Shown here in pieces: positions 60,218-64,000 of a stretch of 64,000 nucleotides of DNA. Source of the DNA: a virus; IMG/VR virus record IMGVR_UViG_3300020048_000055, positions 44,877-108,876 of that record, one strand, 5' to 3'. The notes under the pieces are model-generated. The model saw only the letters and a program-made list of their open reading frames with translations, searched no databases and was not told the origin of the DNA. The first letter of the stretch is position 1, and each line of letters begins with the position of its first letter. A program made the position numbers and the translations under genes.

Positions 60218-61323
60218 ACTTAAAACAGAAAATACTTTTAGGGGTTACAGGAACTGTAGCAACTAGTCTTACCAGAAAAATTGTAGAGGGTTTTATTGAA
60301 AAAGGTTTTGATGTAGGATTAGTGTTCACAGAGAAAGCAAAAAGCTTCATTGATTATTCTGATCTTATAGGTACTGGACACTCAGGGATTTTTGATGATT
60401 CAAATGAATGGCCCACTAATAATAATGGGGAACCTATGATATGGGAAAAAGGGAATCCGATAGCCCATATTGATTTGAGAGAAATGTATTCTGCTTATGT
60501 AGTAATTTGTTCTGCAAATACTTTAGCAAAAATAGCAAATGGTATCTGTGATAATTTGGTTACATCGATTGCTAGAGCATGGCCCACTTATAAACCTTTT
60601 ATTATTGCTCCTGCAATGAATACAACTATGTGGGAACATAGTACTACAGAAAAACATCTTAAAGAGTTTGAGTATTTTTCAAAAAATAATAAAATTGTTT
60701 TCCCTGCTGTTAAGAAACTTGCTTGTGGAACTATGGGTATAGGTGCTCTTGCCAATATTGAAAAAATTGTAAGTGTAACTGAATCCTCGCTTGTATGGAA
60801 GTTCCCAATTAGAAATTGCTATGGACTTCCCATTAATCCGCATCCGGGTGCTTTTGGTTTTTCAAGAAAAGATAGTAGACATACGGGTGTTGATATTTAT
60901 ACAGACCTTGATGAACCTGTCTATGCAGTAGAAGAAGGTACTATTGTAGGCATTGAACATTTCACAGGTGATTGGGATAACTCTCCTTGGTGGAATAATA
61001 CTGATTGCGTACTTATAAAGGGTGCCACTGGTGTAGTATTATATGGTGAGATATCAGTAGATGAATACTGGGTTAGGGGATCTAGAATTCAAGCAGGAGA
61101 ATATCTTGGTAAAGTTATGCGAGTAATTAAAGAGGGGAGAGACCATTATGAAATAACTGGTTGGAGACCAACTATGCTACATATGGAATTGTATCCACAT
61201 GACACTCTCTTTGCATCTCATGGGTTTGAGGAACATTTACTTAATGACCCTACACCTTTCTTACTTAAAAATAATGGATGGAATAATCCTAAAACAGTAA
61301 CTTATGATTCCTATAAGGCGTGA
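60214..61323 (+). CDS. coaC: Phosphopantothenoylcysteine decarboxylase (CoaC, HFCD flavoprotein) fused to an M23 peptidase-like domain
   Basis: ILLGVTG.VA, HI.L, SANTLAKIANGICDNL, PAMNT.MW, LACG..G.GAL; C-terminal RHTGVDIY, PVYAVEEG.I, LHMEL. Confidence 0.85.
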   Translation: MNLKQKILLGVTGTVATSLTRKIVEGFIEKGFDVGLVFTEKAKSFIDYSDLIGTGHSGIFDDSNEWPTNNNGEPMIWEKGNPIAHIDLREMYSAYVVICSANTLAKIANGICDNLVTSIARAWPTYKPFIIAPAMNTTMWEHSTTEKHLKEFEYFSKNNKIVFPAVKKLACGTMGIGALANIEKIVSVTESSLVWKFPIRNCYGLPINPHPGAFGFSRKDSRHTGVDIYTDLDEPVYAVEEGTIVGIEHFTGDWDNSPWWNNTDCVLIKGATGVVLYGEISVDEYWVRGSRIQAGEYLGKVMRVIKEGRDHYEITGWRPTMLHMELYPHDTLFASHGFEEHLLNDPTPFLLKNNGWNNPKTVTYDSYKA

Positions 61324-61330
61324 ATAAAAG

Positions 61331-61358
61331 AGGACATCCAATTGGATGTCCTTATTTT
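61331..61358. terminator. Terminator between convergent genes
   Basis: AGGACATCCA-AT-TGGATGTCCT. Confidence 0.8.
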
Positions 61359-61696
61359 TAGATGTAAAGCAACTCTATAATATTTTCTAAGTCTTCCGTA
61401 TAAATTAGAATACCCAGTGTATTTACGGCTTCTACCCACTGAGGAACCATTGAAAAGATATCTTCACAATACTTTTCATCAATTATTAGGGCATATTTCA
61501 ATTCCTCGGACACTGCATCTCCATATTCTATGTATGAGAACTTAGCTTCCTTAAACTCCTCAATCTCCAGTAAATCTTCTAAAGCGTCATAAAGTTTAAA
61601 ATCTGGACGATTATCGAAGTACCTCTTAATACAATCTTCAACACTTTTAGTTACCCGAATACCCATACCACCTACTGCTTGATATTCACAACCCAT
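61358..61696 (-). CDS. Hypothetical protein
   Basis: AAGGGGA RBS, TGTTAATATA element upstream. Confidence 0.65.
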   Translation of the reverse strand: MGCEYQAVGGMGIRVTKSVEDCIKRYFDNRPDFKLYDALEDLLEIEEFKEAKFSYIEYGDAVSEELKYALIIDEKYCEDIFSMVPQWVEAVNTLGILIYTEDLENIIELLYI

Positions 61697-61775
61697 AATA
61701 TTCCCCTTATCTAGGGTATATTAACAAAAAGTGTGAAAAAAACTTAGGAATTCGTACAAAATAAGTAAAAAAGAT

Positions 61776-61804
61776 TTGAACTTTTCCTAATAATTGTGTA
61801 TATT
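61776..61804 (+). promoter_or_regulatory. Sigma70-type early promoter TTGAAC-N17-TATATT
   Basis: Same hexamers as the 12.0 and 43.2 kb promoters. Confidence 0.75.
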
Positions 61805-61840
61805 ATATATAGAAAGACAATGATAAAAGGGGGGTTGTTT

Positions 61841-62368
61841 ATGACAACTACAATTTCGAGTTTAATGGGTGAAACAAAGATGTCTCGTTACTTTGTGAGT
61901 AACGCTGTTCGAGAAGCCGGTGTCGAGATTGGTTTGGGACGCTCCCATACTCACCTTTCTGCCCACCAGATGACACGGATAAAAAACTATCTTAAAAAGG
62001 TAGAAAAAAACATGATCCTTTCCACAAAAGCCCCTGCAAAGGTTCAAGTTCAGGTACGGGCATCCAAACCTACTACCAAAAAACCTGTAGGGAAGGTTGG
62101 TAAAGCAATCAAGGTAACAAAAGCCACTTCGCCCAAAGCATCAAGCGTGAAAACCAATACCACCAAAGCATCGAAAACAATCAAGGCATCAGAAGCCAAA
62201 CCCGCAAAAAGTGCAGTCAAGAAACCTGCCCCTGCCGTGGTAAAAGCTTCCGCAAAGAAGATTACCAAGAAGGCTATGCCAAAGTTTGCCCCTGCTTCCC
62301 AGAAAGCCCCTTCGGTATCCTTTCCGGTAAACCTTCTCCACGACACGGATGGGATTCATAACTCCTAG
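61841..62368 (+). CDS. Histone H1-like Lys/Ala/Pro-rich protein with a small N-terminal helical domain
   Basis: KASKTIKASEAKPAKSAVKKPAPA low-complexity tail, AGGGGGG RBS before ATG 61841. Confidence 0.75.
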   Translation: MTTTISSLMGETKMSRYFVSNAVREAGVEIGLGRSHTHLSAHQMTRIKNYLKKVEKNMILSTKAPAKVQVQVRASKPTTKKPVGKVGKAIKVTKATSPKASSVKTNTTKASKTIKASEAKPAKSAVKKPAPAVVKASAKKITKKAMPKFAPASQKAPSVSFPVNLLHDTDGIHNS

Positions 62369-62389
62369 TAGTCCCAAGCCTGTCCCATT

Positions 62390-62419
62390 AAAAGACTCCT
62401 TATTACGGGAGTCTTTTTT
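62390..62419 (+). terminator. Intrinsic terminator
   Basis: AAAAGACTCC...GGAGTCTTTTTT. Confidence 0.85.
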
Positions 62420-62469
62420 ATTTTAAATCCTCCTTATTGTTTCAACTAACTTTGCATAGGAGATTAGTT

Positions 62470-62694
62470 ATGGCAGTAGCAAAGATTTTGAATAGGGTGT
62501 ACGTTTATTGTAAGGATGGAAAAATATTTAACTTCACTGCAACAAGTGAAGAGGACTCAAGAAATCAAGCTTCAGTTATTTGGGAAAATGGATATATAGT
62601 GAACACTGAAAATTCGGATCTGATAGAATGGTTAAGCCCTGACAATATCAATAAAATTTGTTGGACTAAGGGAAACACGGAAACAGCAGTCTAA
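62470..62694 (+). CDS. Hypothetical protein
   Basis: AGGAG RBS, ACTAACT motif at 62445. Confidence 0.65.
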   Translation: MAVAKILNRVYVYCKDGKIFNFTATSEEDSRNQASVIWENGYIVNTENSDLIEWLSPDNINKICWTKGNTETAV

Positions 62695-62700
62695 AAAAGG

Positions 62701-62731
62701 AAGGATACTCTTAAATTGAGTATCCTTTTTT
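62701..62731 (+). terminator. Intrinsic terminator (near-copy of 16254-16283)
   Basis: AAGGATACTC...GAGTATCCTTTTTT. Confidence 0.8.
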
Positions 62732-62771
62732 ATTTTCTTACTAATTAAATACTATAAAGGAAACTATACAA

Positions 62772-64000
62772 ATGAGTGAATTACTGAATAAATTAAATTA
62801 CTTGACTGAAACGAAAAATCTGATGAAAGCAAAATTAGGTACAACCTCTGACATCTTGAGAGACTACGTTCCTCTCATGAAATATGATGACGGTTCCGCT
62901 CCAAAAGAATGGACAGAAGCTGAGTGGTTGGATGTATACAATAGTTATCAAAGACCTGCGGATTGGTTGACAATTCCTACAATTCTGGAATCTGAGGAAA
63001 AGGTTGTTGGTCTCTATCCAGTTTATGATCATGACTCAAACTTTGTTGCAGTTACAATCTCAGGAAATTATTCAGTAGACTGGGGTGATGGAGTTACCGA
63101 AAATTTCGTAGCTGGTGTGAAAGCTGAACATAAATATGATTATTCATCTTGTGGAAATTTTTCAACCTTAGGTTATAAACAAGTTTTAATTACAATTACC
63201 CCTCAAGCAACTTTTAATTTGACTTCTGTAGTATTAAATGTTTTCCATACCTCAGTACCAAATAAATCCAATTCCTTTTTAGATATTTCAGGAAACGTTG
63301 AATTCATTTCAAACTTTAATGTACAAAGCTTAAATATATTAGAGACTTTTAGTTTAGGACTAAATAATATTGTAAGTTTTTCTCAGATGTTTAATGGTTG
63401 TACTTCCTTAAAAACGGTTCCGCTTATTGATACAAGTTCAGGTACAACCTTTTCTAATATGTTTCAGAATTGTAAGTCATTACAAACGATTCCACTTATT
63501 AATACAAGTAAATGTACAAACTTTTCTCAGATGTTTCTGGGTTGTTCTACCTTAAAAACGATTCCATTTATTGATACAAGTTTAGGTACAAACTTTTATT
63601 CTATGTTTGCTAATTGTAATTTATTAAAAACGATTCCACTTCTCAATACAAGTTCAGGTACAAACTTTTCTAATATGTTTATTGGTTGTACTGCATTACA
63701 AACGGTTCCACTTCTTGATACAAACTTAGGTACAGATTTTTCTCAGATGTTTTATGGTTGTACTGCATTACAAACAATTCCGCTTCTTGATACAAGTAAA
63801 GGTACAAGCTTTTCTCAGATGTTTAATATGTGTAAGTCATTACAAACGATTCCACTTATTGATACAAGTTTAGGTACAAACTTTTATGCTATGTTTAATA
63901 CTTGTACTGCCTTACAAAAGATTCCACTTATTGATACAAGTAAATGTACAAACTTTGCTTATATGTTTAATACTTGTACTACATTACAAACGATTCCACT
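62772..64000 (+). CDS. Variable LRR (BspA/DUF285-like) protein, copy 3; runs off the window end
   Basis: ATG 62772 MSELLNKLNYLTETK..., frame open to 64000, at least 9 MFxxC units of 72 bp. Confidence 0.9.
   Translation, partial: MSELLNKLNYLTETKNLMKAKLGTTSDILRDYVPLMKYDDGSAPKEWTEAEWLDVYNSYQRPADWLTIPTILESEEKVVGLYPVYDHDSNFVAVTISGNYSVDWGDGVTENFVAGVKAEHKYDYSSCGNFSTLGYKQVLITITPQATFNLTSVVLNVFHTSVPNKSNSFLDISGNVEFISNFNVQSLNILETFSLGLNNIVSFSQMFNGCTSLKTVPLIDTSSGTTFSNMFQNCKSLQTIPLINTSKCTNFSQMFLGCSTLKTIPFIDTSLGTNFYSMFANCNLLKTIPLLNTSSGTNFSNMFIGCTALQTVPLLDTNLGTDFSQMFYGCTALQTIPLLDTSKGTSFSQMFNMCKSLQTIPLIDTSLGTNFYAMFNTCTALQKIPLIDTSKCTNFAYMFNTCTTLQTIP

Overview
AT-rich fragment of a large contractile-tailed (T4-superfamily-like, probably jumbo) phage read in the standard genetic code. 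It holds a nuclease/recombination cluster (2.4-7.3 kb: PD-(D/E)XK nuclease, thioredoxin, 5'-3' exonuclease, Mre11/gp47-like nuclease, RecU-like resolvase), a gp20-like portal, a short early-gene cluster, a gp21-like prohead protease fused to a long coiled-coil scaffold, and a roughly 24 kb block of tail-fibre/baseplate-type proteins. It also holds a 38.5-54.8 kb block of proteins with [L/I/V]-x-E leaders (likely protease-matured capsid cargo, including ADP-ribosyltransferase-fold and LRR modules), tail tube and sheath, GIY-YIG and DUF723-repeat homing-type endonucleases, Gam, a coaB plus coaC-M23 fusion pair and an H1-like basic protein. The most notable features are: (1) three dispersed, mosaic copies of a constant-N-terminus/variable 24-aa LRR gene, two cut by the window edges and one inverted relative to the other two; (2) an apparent polyprotein cargo system punctuated by prohead-protease sites, including a candidate -1 frameshift at A_AAA_AAG; (3) three readable promoter classes, with an ACTAA(T/C/A)T late motif whose +1 can be inferred from leaderless genes; (4) CoA-biosynthesis genes with an unusual M23 fusion. 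No tRNA, rRNA, CRISPR array, reverse transcriptase, integrase, major capsid protein or terminase was recognised. All family assignments come from motif recognition by eye, not database searches.
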